DNA of 64,000 nt from Bacteroidaceae bacterium (GTDB lineage: Bacteria > Bacteroidota > Bacteroidia > Bacteroidales > Bacteroidaceae): positions 658-64,657 of the forward strand of contig JAZOOF010000049.1 of NCBI GenBank assembly GCA_045654885.1, in the 5' to 3' direction. The position numbers were made by a program, and so were the translations under genes. Under the pieces are notes generated by a model. That model searched no databases. It saw only the letters and a list, made by a program, of their open reading frames with translations, and had not been told where the DNA came from. Shown here one piece after another: positions 36,259-45,784 of this stretch (its first letter is position 1; each line of letters starts with the position of its first letter).

Positions 36259-36277
36259 CAACGATTACAATGTTGAT

Positions 36278-36484
36278 ATGGTAACACCTGATATAGAATG
36301 CTCAACCATGGACGAGCGACGTGCTTTTGTACAGGCTCAGTGGCAGTGTATGGGAAATTGCGAGCTGTGTGGCAAATGCCACATACTCAAGGGACGTGAC
36401 CCCGAGTCGCTTTATGCCGACTATATCAATGGCAAACGCTCATATATCGATGTTACATTGAGTATAAGGAACAATAATCGTTAA
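36278..36484 (+). CDS. Small Cys-rich hypothetical protein
   Basis: 68 aa with [15 protein letters not shown] (4 Cys). No family recognised. Confidence 0.45.
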   Translation: MVTPDIECSTMDERRAFVQAQWQCMGNCELCGKCHILKGRDPESLYADYINGKRSYIDVTLSIRNNNR

Positions 36485-36504
36485 CAATTAAAAAAGTTTT
36501 TATT

Positions 36505-36681
36505 ATGGAGATAAAAGAGAAAGTATTGGCAACAATGAGAGAGGCCGGCGAGCCTTTGAACGCAGGCAAGATTGCAGAACTCAGCGGCATTGACCGCAAG
36601 GAGGTGGACAAGGCCATGAAACTGTTGAAAGAGGAGGGTGCCATTGTGTCTCCCGTCCGTTGCAAGTGGACTGTGGCATAA
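36505..36681 (+). CDS. Small winged-helix-like protein (58 aa), not in the supplied ORF track
   Basis: ATG 36505-36507, translation [58 protein letters not shown], stop 36679-36681. The pattern resembles a wHTH DNA-binding module. Confidence 0.5.
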   Translation: MEIKEKVLATMREAGEPLNAGKIAELSGIDRKEVDKAMKLLKEEGAIVSPVRCKWTVA

Positions 36682-36767
36682 GAGTGGCACTGTTGTGCAT
36701 GATAAAATCAATGGGAACCCAAAAGGCTCCCATTGATTGTTTTATACGGTTGCCCTTTTGCTCCCTT

Positions 36768-37457
36768 TTAAAAACCGTTATAGGTGTATGCAAGCGTGAA
36801 GATACTTATTTTGCAACCGCAATTATTTTGCAATGTGCTTGCACAACTGCAGAGAGTTGCGCCGGTGGTGAGGATGTCGTCTACCAACAGAATATGCTCG
36901 TTCTCCAATGCACGCTCCGTGTTTACCGAGAAGATGTCCTTTACATTCTCCCAACGCTCGTCGCGGTTCTTGTGTGTCTGCGTCTCGTTGGCAATGTCGC
37001 GTTTCATGAGCGTTGTGTCAACCGGTATACCGGTGATGTTTGATAACCCGCGCGCAATGTACTCGCTCTGGTTATACCCTCTCTTGCGCTGTTTCTTCTT
37101 TGAAAGTGGCAGTGGAACAATGCGTGTTATGCCGTCGAAGAAACTGCTGTCGAGCAACTCTTTTGCAGCCATCTCGGCCAGGCGGGTACCCACTTCGGGA
37201 GCGTCTTTGTACTTCAGTTTGTGCATCAACGCGTTGTATGGCGACCCTTTGCGGTAGTAGATGAACGATGCGGCATGCTCAATCTCAATTTTTCCCCAGA
37301 ACGTCTGCTCAATCTCCTGTTTGTGCTGCGCTTCAATCTTTGGCAGGGTATACAGGCAGTTGAGACATATGTCGCGCTCTTGTCGCGACAGAGTCTCTCC
37401 ACACACGCAGCAGTGGCGCGGGAAAATGAGGTCAATGAGGTCAGAAATCCATTTCAT
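36768..37457 (-). CDS. comF: ComF family protein (phosphoribosyltransferase-type)
   Basis: N-terminal CxxC...CxxC zinc finger (FPRHCCVCGE...CLNC) and the C-terminal PRT motif ILLVDDILTTGAT. Confidence 0.85.
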   Translation of the reverse strand: MKWISDLIDLIFPRHCCVCGETLSRQERDICLNCLYTLPKIEAQHKQEIEQTFWGKIEIEHAASFIYYRKGSPYNALMHKLKYKDAPEVGTRLAEMAAKELLDSSFFDGITRIVPLPLSKKKQRKRGYNQSEYIARGLSNITGIPVDTTLMKRDIANETQTHKNRDERWENVKDIFSVNTERALENEHILLVDDILTTGATLCSCASTLQNNCGCKISIFTLAYTYNGF

Positions 37458-37920
37458 CGCCTTTGTACTTTATTGTTTTCATTATGAGCGCAGGTTCGTA
37501 GCCGCGGCTTGCTGCGTGGCGAATGATTTTCTGCTGTGTGGCAAAATCATCCTTGCCTTTCAGTTCGCGGCGTTTGATGTCAATTGTCTCTTTCAGTGCT
37601 TGCGTGTATATCTCCTCGTCAATTCCCTCCAATGCCTCTTTGACGTGCTCCTGTGGCAAGTGCTTCTCGCGCAATGCGGCTGTTATCTTTACGCGCCCCC
37701 AACGGTTGAACTTTACCTTGTCGTTGACGAAGGCACGGCAATAGCGAGCCTCGTCAATGAAGTTTTCGTCAATGAGCCTTGCTATTATTTTCTCCTGCTC
37801 ACCGTGTGGCACACCCCATGCAGTGAGCTTCGCGCTCACCTCGCTTATGCAGCGCTCGCACAGTGTGCAGTAGGCTGCGGCTTTGTTCAGTGCTTCACCG
37901 GTGGATATGGGCTTTTTCAT
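37441..37920 (-). CDS. recX: Regulatory protein RecX
   Basis: 159 aa with three-helix repeats. CERCISEV..KL...G......II.RL..E.FIDE.RY..AFV is typical of RecX. Confidence 0.8.
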   Translation of the reverse strand: MKKPISTGEALNKAAAYCTLCERCISEVSAKLTAWGVPHGEQEKIIARLIDENFIDEARYCRAFVNDKVKFNRWGRVKITAALREKHLPQEHVKEALEGIDEEIYTQALKETIDIKRRELKGKDDFATQQKIIRHAASRGYEPALIMKTIKYKGDEMDF

Positions 37921-37996
37921 CTGTTGCGTTTTAGTTGTGAATTCCTCCCCTGTTCTTAGGGGAGGTGCCGTAGTCGGAGGGGTATAATGCGTTCAT

Positions 37997-38830
37997 CTAC
38001 TTTACTGCTCTAATCATTCTGTCATTGTCGGCAAAGTCCTTGCGCAGTTCAATGTCTGTATAGCCAAGTGCAGCAAGCATTTCCATTGTCTCCTTGCCGT
38101 GGGCGCGGTTTATCTCAAAATAGAGACGGCCGCCGGGCTTTAGTATTTGCATGCCTTTTTCGGCTATTGTGCGGTAGAATAGCAACGGGTCGCTGTCGGG
38201 CACAAACAGGGCTGTGTGCGGCTCCCAGTCGAGCACGTTGCTGTGCATTTCAGCCTTTTCGTTCTCCTTTATATAAGGTGGGTTGCTCACTATTATATCG
38301 AACAGCTCGCTTGTGGGTTCGTATGCCAAAACGTCAACCTCTTCAAATGCAACGGCAGAGCCATTTGCTTTGCTGTTCTCTGTTGCAACGGCAAGCGCAT
38401 TGGGTGATATATCCCATGCTGTTACTTTGCTCTGTGGCATTTTGTGTGCAAGGCTAATGGCAATGCAACCGCTGCCTGTGCCAATATCCAGTATGCTTTC
38501 GTGCCCTGTGGCTTCGCTTGCAATCCACTCAACAAGCTCGCTTGTCTCGGGGCGCGGAATGAGTGTAGCCGGGGTAACCTTGAACCTCAGGCCGCAAAAG
38601 TCGCAGTAACCGAGAATATACTGTATCGGCTCCTGCTTTTTCAGTCGCTCAATGGCATTATCAAGCAGGGTTTGCTGTTCGGCAGTGAGTGTGATGTCAT
38701 CCTTTAGGTAGAACGCCATTTGCGACACACCAAGCAACTCTATTGCAATGATGCGTGTGAGGGCTGCTATTTCATCTGTGGAATAGCACTGGCTTAATTC
38801 TTCGCGTATTATGCTTGTAATTCTTTTCAT
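37997..38830 (-). CDS. prmC: Release factor glutamine N5-methyltransferase PrmC (HemK)
   Basis: ILDIGTGSGCIAI SAM-binding motif and the NPPY catalytic motif (IVSNPPYI). Confidence 0.9.
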   Translation of the reverse strand: MKRITSIIREELSQCYSTDEIAALTRIIAIELLGVSQMAFYLKDDITLTAEQQTLLDNAIERLKKQEPIQYILGYCDFCGLRFKVTPATLIPRPETSELVEWIASEATGHESILDIGTGSGCIAISLAHKMPQSKVTAWDISPNALAVATENSKANGSAVAFEEVDVLAYEPTSELFDIIVSNPPYIKENEKAEMHSNVLDWEPHTALFVPDSDPLLFYRTIAEKGMQILKPGGRLYFEINRAHGKETMEMLAALGYTDIELRKDFADNDRMIRAVK

Positions 38831-39031
38831 TGGGTGAAAAAAATCTAAAAATTATACAAAGGTAACTGCCTTTAATTATAAAACAAAGAATAGACCTTTT
38901 AAAATATGCTTACGTTATATTACTTCTTTGTGAAAAAATGATATTCCACGTGAACTTTGATCGTTGACGGAATTTTACTGTCTGCAATGCGAATCTTTCA
39001 TATATAATTTTTGTTTATGTTATCAAATGAC

Positions 39032-39039
39032 TATATTTG
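39032..39039 (+). promoter_or_regulatory. Candidate -7 promoter element (TATATTTG) upstream of the susC-like gene
   Basis: Matches TAnnTTTG, 164 nt upstream of the ATG at 39203. Confidence 0.25.
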
Positions 39040-39202
39040 CACTGTTACTATGTGAATATACTAAAAGGTGGATTTTACAGTGCGTTTATCTTTTTGGCTT
39101 AATAGTAGCTGTGCAGATTCCCAATCTGTCTTTTATGTATAAAATAGCATGGAGTTGTTAATGTTCTGGTCTGGGGAATCTACAGGAATGTGACAAATCA
39201 AG

Positions 39203-41899
39203 ATGGGGAGAGTTTGTCTGTGTCTTGCTGTAATGTTTTTCATCTGTAGTGCTCAAAAAGTTGATGCGCAAGTACAGAGTATCCGTGAGAAACAAGATTC
39301 CGTTTCGGTAGTAAAATCATTGGAGCATATCAAGCCTGAGAAAATCAAGAAGGGCCCGATGAACAATGCTCTTGATGTGTTGAGCGGTCAGTCCGCAGGT
39401 GTAAATGTTACCACAAATGGTAGCGATAGGCTCGCGATGCTGAACAGTATCCGTGTGCGAGGTACCACCTCCATTATGGGCGGAAACGACCCGTTGGTAA
39501 TTATAGACGGAGTGACATCCGACATCTCAACTCTCTCGACCATATATCCTGCCGATATCGAGAGTTTCACAATTTTGAAGAATGCCACAGAAACCGCTAT
39601 GTATGGTTCCCGTGGTGCTTCGGGTGTCATCGAAATTAAGACTAAGAAAAGTGCAGGACAGGGGTTCCAGATCTCTTACGATGGTAACTACGGACTCGAG
39701 TCTATGTACAAACATTTGCAGATGCTCAGTGCCCCGGAATATATTGCCACTGCGAAGAGTTTGGGCTTAGAGTACAATGATGGTGGTTACAACACCAACT
39801 TCCACGATGTAATAACCCGTACTGGCTATATTCATCAACATCATCTTGCATTCAGTGGTGCTTCGGAGAACTCCAACTACCGTGCTTCATTTGGCTTTAT
39901 GGATCATAAGACCATCGTCAAGGTGAACGACTATAGGAATCTTGTGGTAAAACTCGATGCAACGCAAAAGGCATTTGATGGCCGCCTGATAGGTGATTTT
40001 GGTGTATATGGCTACTCCTCAACAGTACACGACATCTTTGATACCCGAATGTTGTTTTACTCTGCAGCGGCGCAGAATCCGACATATCCCACGGGAACAG
40101 ATGTAAATGGCAATTGGGTAAAGAACTCGGCTGCATCACACATCAACCACCCCGGAGCACTCCTTTATGAAAAAAACGACTCTAAGGAACAGAATTTCAA
40201 TATGCATCTGGGGTTGAAATTCAATATCCTTGAAAATTTGATATTATCTGCTTTCGGCTCTTATTCCTTCTCTTCTACCGGAAATGCGCAGTTTTGTCCA
40301 ACCTGGGTTTGGGCACAGGGAAATGTATATCGTGGTGAGTTCAAGGGTGAGGATTACTTTACCAATATGTCTCTCTCGTATAACAATACATGGGGAGATT
40401 CCCGCTTTGAGGCAGTTGTGGGCGCAGAATATCTTAAACAGGTCAGGACCGGTTTCTGGGTGCATGCCAAAGGAATAACCACAAATGATTTCTCCTATAA
40501 TAACATCGGAGCAACATCATCGCGTCCTTTCGGTGGTACAGGCAGTAGCTATGAAGACCCGTCACTTGCTTCAATAATGGGTAGTGTCACATATAGTTAC
40601 AAGAACAGATACGCCATTTCGGCAACCCTACGTGGTGATGGCTCTTCGATGGTTAGTGACAACCACACATTCGGCTTTTTCCCTTCTGCATCGTTCAGTT
40701 GGGATATGAAGCGTGAGAAATTCCTTACGGATGTTGATTTTGTTACGATGTTGAAGCTTCGCACCGGATATGGTCAGTCGGGTAATCTTGGCGGCATCAG
40801 ATCTTACACAACACTGAACACTGTCAGGGAAAATGGCATAGTCTCCATCAATGGAACCCCGACTGTTACGATGGGTAGCATAAAAAACACAAACCCTGAC
40901 CTTAAATGGGAAACGCGTTCAACTTTTAACATAGGCTTTGACTTGGGATTGTGGAACAACCGATTGATGTTGACCTCGGAGTACTATTATTCAAAGACCA
41001 CCGACATGCTGTATGACTATTATGTTCCAGTACCAAACTTTGCTTTTGACAAGTTGATGGCGAACGTAGGCTCTATGTCGAACCAAGGTGTAGAACTGGG
41101 AATTTCGGTAGTACCCATTCAAAGAAAGGATATGGAGATGAACATTAACTTCAATATGTCCTATCAAAAGAATAAGTTGCTGTCACTCAGCGGCGAGTAT
41201 AATGGAATGCAGATGACGGCGTCCGACATAACACCTATTGGCTCGCTCTATGGCGCCGGCCAGAATGGAGGTAATAACAATGTGGTATATCAGATAGTCG
41301 GGCAACCATTGGGAGTATTCTATCTGCCTCACTGCACCGGGCTTAAAAAGAACGGATTGGGTGGTTATAGCTATGAGATAGAGGATTTGGATGGTAAGGA
41401 CGGAATAGATCTCAGCGATGGAGGTGACAGATACATAGCTGGGCAGGCAACACCCAAAATAACCATAGGCTCGAATATCAGTTTCCGCTATAAGTTCTTC
41501 GACATAGCTATGCAGATTAACGGTGCTTTCGGTCACAAGATATTCAATGGTACAGGATTGGCTTATACCAACATGTCAATATTCCCTGATTATAATGTAT
41601 TGAAGGATGCTCCCGAGAAGAATATTATTGACCAAAATGTTTCGGACTATTGGCTGGAAAATGGTGACTATGTAAATATTGAACAACTTACCATAGGATT
41701 CAACATTCCTATGAAATCAAAGACTGCCAACTCTTTACGCTTGTCGGCAAGTATAAGTAACCTGGCTACAATAACTGCCTATACCGGAATTACGCCAATG
41801 ATAAACAGTTATGTAGTTAGCGGGACATTAGGTATTGACGATAAACGCACCTATCCTTTGTATCGCACCTATTCATTAGGTCTCAGTGTTCAATTCTAA
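39203..41899 (+). CDS. SusC/RagA family TonB-linked outer-membrane protein
   Basis: 898 aa. Plug motifs (IRVRGTTSI..GNDPLVIIDGV, YGSRGASGVIEIKTKK) and a C-terminal ...LGLSVQF. Confidence 0.9.
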   Translation: MGRVCLCLAVMFFICSAQKVDAQVQSIREKQDSVSVVKSLEHIKPEKIKKGPMNNALDVLSGQSAGVNVTTNGSDRLAMLNSIRVRGTTSIMGGNDPLVIIDGVTSDISTLSTIYPADIESFTILKNATETAMYGSRGASGVIEIKTKKSAGQGFQISYDGNYGLESMYKHLQMLSAPEYIATAKSLGLEYNDGGYNTNFHDVITRTGYIHQHHLAFSGASENSNYRASFGFMDHKTIVKVNDYRNLVVKLDATQKAFDGRLIGDFGVYGYSSTVHDIFDTRMLFYSAAAQNPTYPTGTDVNGNWVKNSAASHINHPGALLYEKNDSKEQNFNMHLGLKFNILENLILSAFGSYSFSSTGNAQFCPTWVWAQGNVYRGEFKGEDYFTNMSLSYNNTWGDSRFEAVVGAEYLKQVRTGFWVHAKGITTNDFSYNNIGATSSRPFGGTGSSYEDPSLASIMGSVTYSYKNRYAISATLRGDGSSMVSDNHTFGFFPSASFSWDMKREKFLTDVDFVTMLKLRTGYGQSGNLGGIRSYTTLNTVRENGIVSINGTPTVTMGSIKNTNPDLKWETRSTFNIGFDLGLWNNRLMLTSEYYYSKTTDMLYDYYVPVPNFAFDKLMANVGSMSNQGVELGISVVPIQRKDMEMNINFNMSYQKNKLLSLSGEYNGMQMTASDITPIGSLYGAGQNGGNNNVVYQIVGQPLGVFYLPHCTGLKKNGLGGYSYEIEDLDGKDGIDLSDGGDRYIAGQATPKITIGSNISFRYKFFDIAMQINGAFGHKIFNGTGLAYTNMSIFPDYNVLKDAPEKNIIDQNVSDYWLENGDYVNIEQLTIGFNIPMKSKTANSLRLSASISNLATITAYTGITPMINSYVVSGTLGIDDKRTYPLYRTYSLGLSVQF

Positions 41900-41911
41900 C
41901 GTTTTACAAAT

Positions 41912-43531
41912 ATGAGAAAATGTATCAACATATTTATGGTTATTCTTACAGCAGTCATGACAGCTTCTTGTCTTGAAGAGGAACATAGAGACCAACTGTA
42001 TGAAGATGAAATCTACAATAGTGCCGACAATATATATATAAATGCAGTTGCGGTGCTCTACAACCATATCGGTGGTAGTGACGATAGCGAGGGCTTGCAA
42101 GGAACATGTCGAGGTATATATGATTATAACACGCTGACCACCGACGAGGCTATGATCCCTATCAGGGGTGGCGACTGGTATGATGGCGGCTTGTGGGAGA
42201 ATATGTATCAGCACAAATGGAGCCCCAACGACCAACCATTGTACAATACCTGGAAATATCTCTACAAAGTAGTTGTGCTGTCGAATAAGTCTTTGCATAT
42301 GATTGACAAGTATAGTTATTACTTGACCGAAGAGCAGAGGGTCGCATATGAAGCTGAGGTGCGAGCCATAAGAGCTCTTTTCTACTACTATATAATGGAT
42401 ATGTATGGCAGAGTGCCTATTGTAACGTCATATGATCAGCCGCAGGATGGGGTCGTGCAAAGCGAGCGTAGCGAAGTGTTCCGCTTTATCGTTGATGAGT
42501 TGCAAGAGGTCGTAGGCCAATTACCCGACGAACGTAGCAATAAGATGGGAAACTATTACGGTCGTATAACTAAGCCTGTCGTTTATTTTCTATTGGCGAA
42601 ATTAGCACTGAATGTCGAGATATATTGTGACGACAACTGGACCGATGGTGTATCACAAAACGGTAAGGAGATATTTTTTACCGTCGATGGCGTGGTGCTC
42701 AATGCTTGGCAGACTTGCATAAGGTATTGCGACAAGCTCGCCGAGGCTGGATATCAGTTGGAGGGTGATTATAGCTGCAATTTTACCGTTCACAATGAGA
42801 ACTCCAATGAGAATATATTCACTATTCCTTTGGATAAGAACTTCTATGCTGCACAATTCTGGTATCTCTTCCGCTCACGACACTATAATCATGGCGGTGC
42901 ATTGGGCGGCTCATCCGAGAATGGCACGAGTGCCAATATCTCTACAGTTCTTGCCTATGGCTATGGAACTGAGCATGTGGATGCTCGCTTTGAAAAGAAT
43001 TTCTATGCAGGCGCTGTTGTGGTCGATGGAAAGGCCGTTATGATGGATAACGGAAAACCATTGGAGTATCATCCATTGGAGTTAAGATTGAATCTTACAG
43101 GAAGTCCCTATGTAAAGACAGCCGGTGCTCGAATGGCGAAATATGAGGTTGACCGCACAGCGCATTCCGATGGTCGCCAACCAGATAACGACATCGTGCT
43201 CTTCCGCTATGCCGATGCACTATTGATGAAGGCAGAGGCAAAAGTGCGCAATGGCGAAGATGGCTCGTTTGAGTTGAACGAGGTACGCAGCCGTGTCGGT
43301 ATGCCATACCGCGAGGCAACGCTTGAAAACATATTGGAAGAACGTTTGTTGGAATTGGTATGGGAAGGTTGGAGACGACAGGATATGGTGCGATTTGGTG
43401 TATACCACAAGTCATACGACCAGCGCGTTCAGTTGCCCGATGAAGATAACGGATATACAACCGTGTTTCCAATCCCACAGAAGAGCATTGACCTTAACCC
43501 GAGATTGAAGCAGAACGTTGGATATAAATGA
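41912..43531 (+). CDS. RagB/SusD family nutrient-uptake outer-membrane lipoprotein
   Basis: Lipobox LTAVMTASC. TPR-like SusD motifs (RALFYYYIMDMYG, RYADALLMKAEA, ERLLELVWEGWRRQDMVRFG). Confidence 0.9.
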   Translation: MRKCINIFMVILTAVMTASCLEEEHRDQLYEDEIYNSADNIYINAVAVLYNHIGGSDDSEGLQGTCRGIYDYNTLTTDEAMIPIRGGDWYDGGLWENMYQHKWSPNDQPLYNTWKYLYKVVVLSNKSLHMIDKYSYYLTEEQRVAYEAEVRAIRALFYYYIMDMYGRVPIVTSYDQPQDGVVQSERSEVFRFIVDELQEVVGQLPDERSNKMGNYYGRITKPVVYFLLAKLALNVEIYCDDNWTDGVSQNGKEIFFTVDGVVLNAWQTCIRYCDKLAEAGYQLEGDYSCNFTVHNENSNENIFTIPLDKNFYAAQFWYLFRSRHYNHGGALGGSSENGTSANISTVLAYGYGTEHVDARFEKNFYAGAVVVDGKAVMMDNGKPLEYHPLELRLNLTGSPYVKTAGARMAKYEVDRTAHSDGRQPDNDIVLFRYADALLMKAEAKVRNGEDGSFELNEVRSRVGMPYREATLENILEERLLELVWEGWRRQDMVRFGVYHKSYDQRVQLPDEDNGYTTVFPIPQKSIDLNPRLKQNVGYK

Positions 43532-43542
43532 ATACATGACTT

Positions 43543-44145
43543 ATGAGTGTACAGTTTGAAATGGCAAAGCGGATTATTGAAGAAACCTGCCCTAATCGCA
43601 AGCTGAAATTGGAGAATATACGCCTTTTTGCTACCATAATCCAACCACATAAATATCAGAAAGGTGATATGATACTAAACGAAGGTGATGTGTGCAATTG
43701 CATCTATTATATAGAAAAAGGTTTTATAAGGCAGCACTATGTCAAGCACGATAAGGATGTCACTGAGCATCTGGCTTGTGAGAAAGATGTAGTTTTGTGT
43801 ATTGATAGTTATTTCAACTGTGAGCCATCCCACCTTAAAATGGAGGCTTTAGAGCAGAGTGTGCTTTGGGAGATACCTCGTGACATAATGGAGGAGCTTT
43901 CCGACACTAATGGTGACATTGCCTATCTGTACCGGCGTTTTTTTGAGAACTCTTTGATGCTGTCTCAGTTGAAGGCCGATATATTACGATTCGAATCTGC
44001 CAACGAACGTTATGCAAGACTGTCGCAACATTTTCCCGAAATAATTAAAAGAGCTCCGCTCACACTCATTGCCTCATATTTGCAGATGACACTCGAGACA
44101 CTGAGTCGTGTGCGTGCATCCATTACAAATACCAAAAACAAATAG
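43543..44145 (+). CDS. Crp/Fnr family transcriptional regulator (cNMP-binding domain plus HTH)
   Basis: 200 aa. GD...EGDV...YYIEKGFIR is a cNMP-binding beta-roll, with a C-terminal HTH (IASYLQMTLETLSRVR). Confidence 0.85.
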   Translation: MSVQFEMAKRIIEETCPNRKLKLENIRLFATIIQPHKYQKGDMILNEGDVCNCIYYIEKGFIRQHYVKHDKDVTEHLACEKDVVLCIDSYFNCEPSHLKMEALEQSVLWEIPRDIMEELSDTNGDIAYLYRRFFENSLMLSQLKADILRFESANERYARLSQHFPEIIKRAPLTLIASYLQMTLETLSRVRASITNTKNK

Positions 44146-44152
44146 AATAAAA

Positions 44153-44185
44153 ACAGACAGGCCTTGATGTTTTTGGCCTGTCTGT
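44153..44185 (+). terminator. Terminator hairpin after the Crp-family gene
   Basis: acagacaggcc-ttgatgttttt-ggcctgtctgt. Confidence 0.55.
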
Positions 44186-44285
44186 CCACTTTAACTAACC
44201 ATAAAATACATTTTCAACAAACTCTTGGATATAGATTCTGTTGCTCTGTCAAGAAGTCCCAATTCTGAGACATCTTTTATATTTG

Positions 44286-44417
44286 TCATTTCGTCTCTTT
44301 TCTGTATGAACCGTGTGAATAGAATACAGGAATCATACCGGTTGGACACAAGTAGTTGATTCTCATATTGCTTTTATTGTTATCGCTCATGTTGCTCCTT
44401 TTCATAATCTTTTTCAT
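44286..44417 (-). CDS. Small ORF (43 aa) with CPTGM motif, paralog 1
   Basis: Hand translation: MKKIMKRSNMSDNNKSNMRINYLCPTGMIPVFYSHGSYRKETK. It shares MKKI and INYLCPTGMIP with the neighbouring small ORF. Not in the ORF track because it is shorter than 60 aa. Confidence 0.35.
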   Translation of the reverse strand: MKKIMKRSNMSDNNKSNMRINYLCPTGMIPVFYSHGSYRKETK

Positions 44418-44482
44418 AACTCAATTATTTATTGGTTAATACTGGATTTGCATGGTGACTGTTGACTGTTTTTATAATTAAA

Positions 44483-44626
44483 TTAATTCCTATATTCTTT
44501 TATTTGATTTTCAACTATCGGGTTCATACCCGTTGGACACCAGAAGTTTATACTGTCAATATCTCTATTGTGATTCACTGAATGATTTGCAAACACATTA
44601 TTAAAATACGATACAATCTTTTTCAT
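44483..44626 (-). CDS. Small ORF (47 aa) with CPTGM motif, paralog 2
   Basis: Hand translation: MKKIVSYFNNVFANHSVNHNRDIDSINFWCPTGMNPIVENQIKEYRN. The MKKI start and INFWCPTGMNP core are conserved with paralog 1 despite divergent flanks, a pattern consistent with selection at the peptide level. Confidence 0.35.
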   Translation of the reverse strand: MKKIVSYFNNVFANHSVNHNRDIDSINFWCPTGMNPIVENQIKEYRN

Positions 44627-44963
44627 ATATATCAAATTTTAAATCCTCGGTTACACGAGATGGTTATACTTCTTTTTAATATGACAATTTGTTTCGTTCG
44701 TATCAACAATCACCTGTACTTTATATTTAAATTGTCATTTTGTTTACCATGTGGTTATGGTTTCTTCTGAATTTCAAAAATCCTATTCTTTTGTTTTCCT
44801 GTGCAAATGTATGTCTGTTCTCACTTGTTCACTGCAACAATTGTGTGAAAAAATAATTTTTAGCCGAATTATTTGACATTTGTCAAATGGATGATTGTTT
44901 CAAGGCTCTATTCAGGTATTATTGTGTTTTTATATGAATGTAGTGCTGCATGTGAGAATGTAA

Positions 44964-45010
44964 GCAAACCACCCCCGAAAGTTCATATCAGACTTTCGGG
45001 GGTGGTTTGC
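44964..45010 (-). terminator. Strong stem-loop downstream of the HAD hydrolase gene
   Basis: 19-bp stem gcaaaccacccccgaaagt / actttcgggggtggtttgc. There is no clear T-run. Confidence 0.5.
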
Positions 45011-45027
45011 TGTAGTTGATTCTGAAA

Positions 45028-45759
45028 TCACTTTAAATTTTCAAACAGTTTCTCCCATTCGCTGCATAATGCCTCGATTGATGGGAAGACAAGGTTTGCA
45101 CCGGCTTGGCTCAATACTTCATCCTTCAATGGGCCTGTGTTGGCCGCAACGGTGAAAAGACCTGCTGCAACGCCTGCTGTTACGCCAAGTGGGGCGTTCT
45201 CTACCACAATCACTTCATTGGGGGCAAAGCCGCCGCGTTCCAAAGCCAAAAGGTATGGGTCGGGGTAGGGCTTGCCGCGCTTTACGTGAAAACTGCTGAT
45301 GACATGACCCTCGGCAAACAATCCGGGAAAGTTGCTCTGTATGCGGTCGAGCAGTGTAGGGGTGCCGCTGCCTGTTACAATCATTGGGGTGAGGCCACTG
45401 GCCTTTACCTTCTGTACCAGTTCGAGAGCGAACGGCATTCGTGGTGTGGGCGGGTAGGTGTCGAAGATTGCACATTTTGCCTTGCACAGCTCATCGATGA
45501 GCTCCTCGGTTGCAGGCTTGCCGAATTGGGCAAGGCTTGCTGTGTTGATGGTGTCGGCACCGGTGCGGCCCTCGTTCATATATACGTCCTCGCGCGAGAA
45601 GTTGAAACCGGCATCGGTCATCACGCGCGACCAGGCATCGGCATGGTAGGGCATGGAGTCGAACAGCACGCCGTCCATGTCGAACAATACAGCACGCAAC
45701 TGCAAGGCTTTGTGGCCTTGCAGTTGCTTATAGTTTTCAATAGCTTTTATGTAATCCAT
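45028..45759 (-). CDS. HAD-IA family hydrolase (beta-phosphoglucomutase-like)
   Basis: Motif I LFDMDGVLFDS, motif II TGSG, and the C-terminal VVENAPLG. Confidence 0.85.
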   Translation of the reverse strand: MDYIKAIENYKQLQGHKALQLRAVLFDMDGVLFDSMPYHADAWSRVMTDAGFNFSREDVYMNEGRTGADTINTASLAQFGKPATEELIDELCKAKCAIFDTYPPTPRMPFALELVQKVKASGLTPMIVTGSGTPTLLDRIQSNFPGLFAEGHVISSFHVKRGKPYPDPYLLALERGGFAPNEVIVVENAPLGVTAGVAAGLFTVAANTGPLKDEVLSQAGANLVFPSIEALCSEWEKLFENLK

Positions 45760-45784
45760 TAAAGACTGTTTAGTTTCTTTTGTT

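Noticed and set aside
24430-36277. Integrative mobile element, prophage or ICE as an explanation for the low-GC island
   Set aside because: I could recognise no integrase, transposase, relaxase, phage structural gene, tRNA attachment site or flanking direct repeats. I report only the compositional anomaly.
44582-44770. 62-aa plus-strand ORF in the AT-rich region after the Crp gene
   Set aside because: It has Ile/Phe/Asn-rich AT-driven composition and no paralog support. The conserved signal in this region is on the minus strand (the CPTGM small ORFs).
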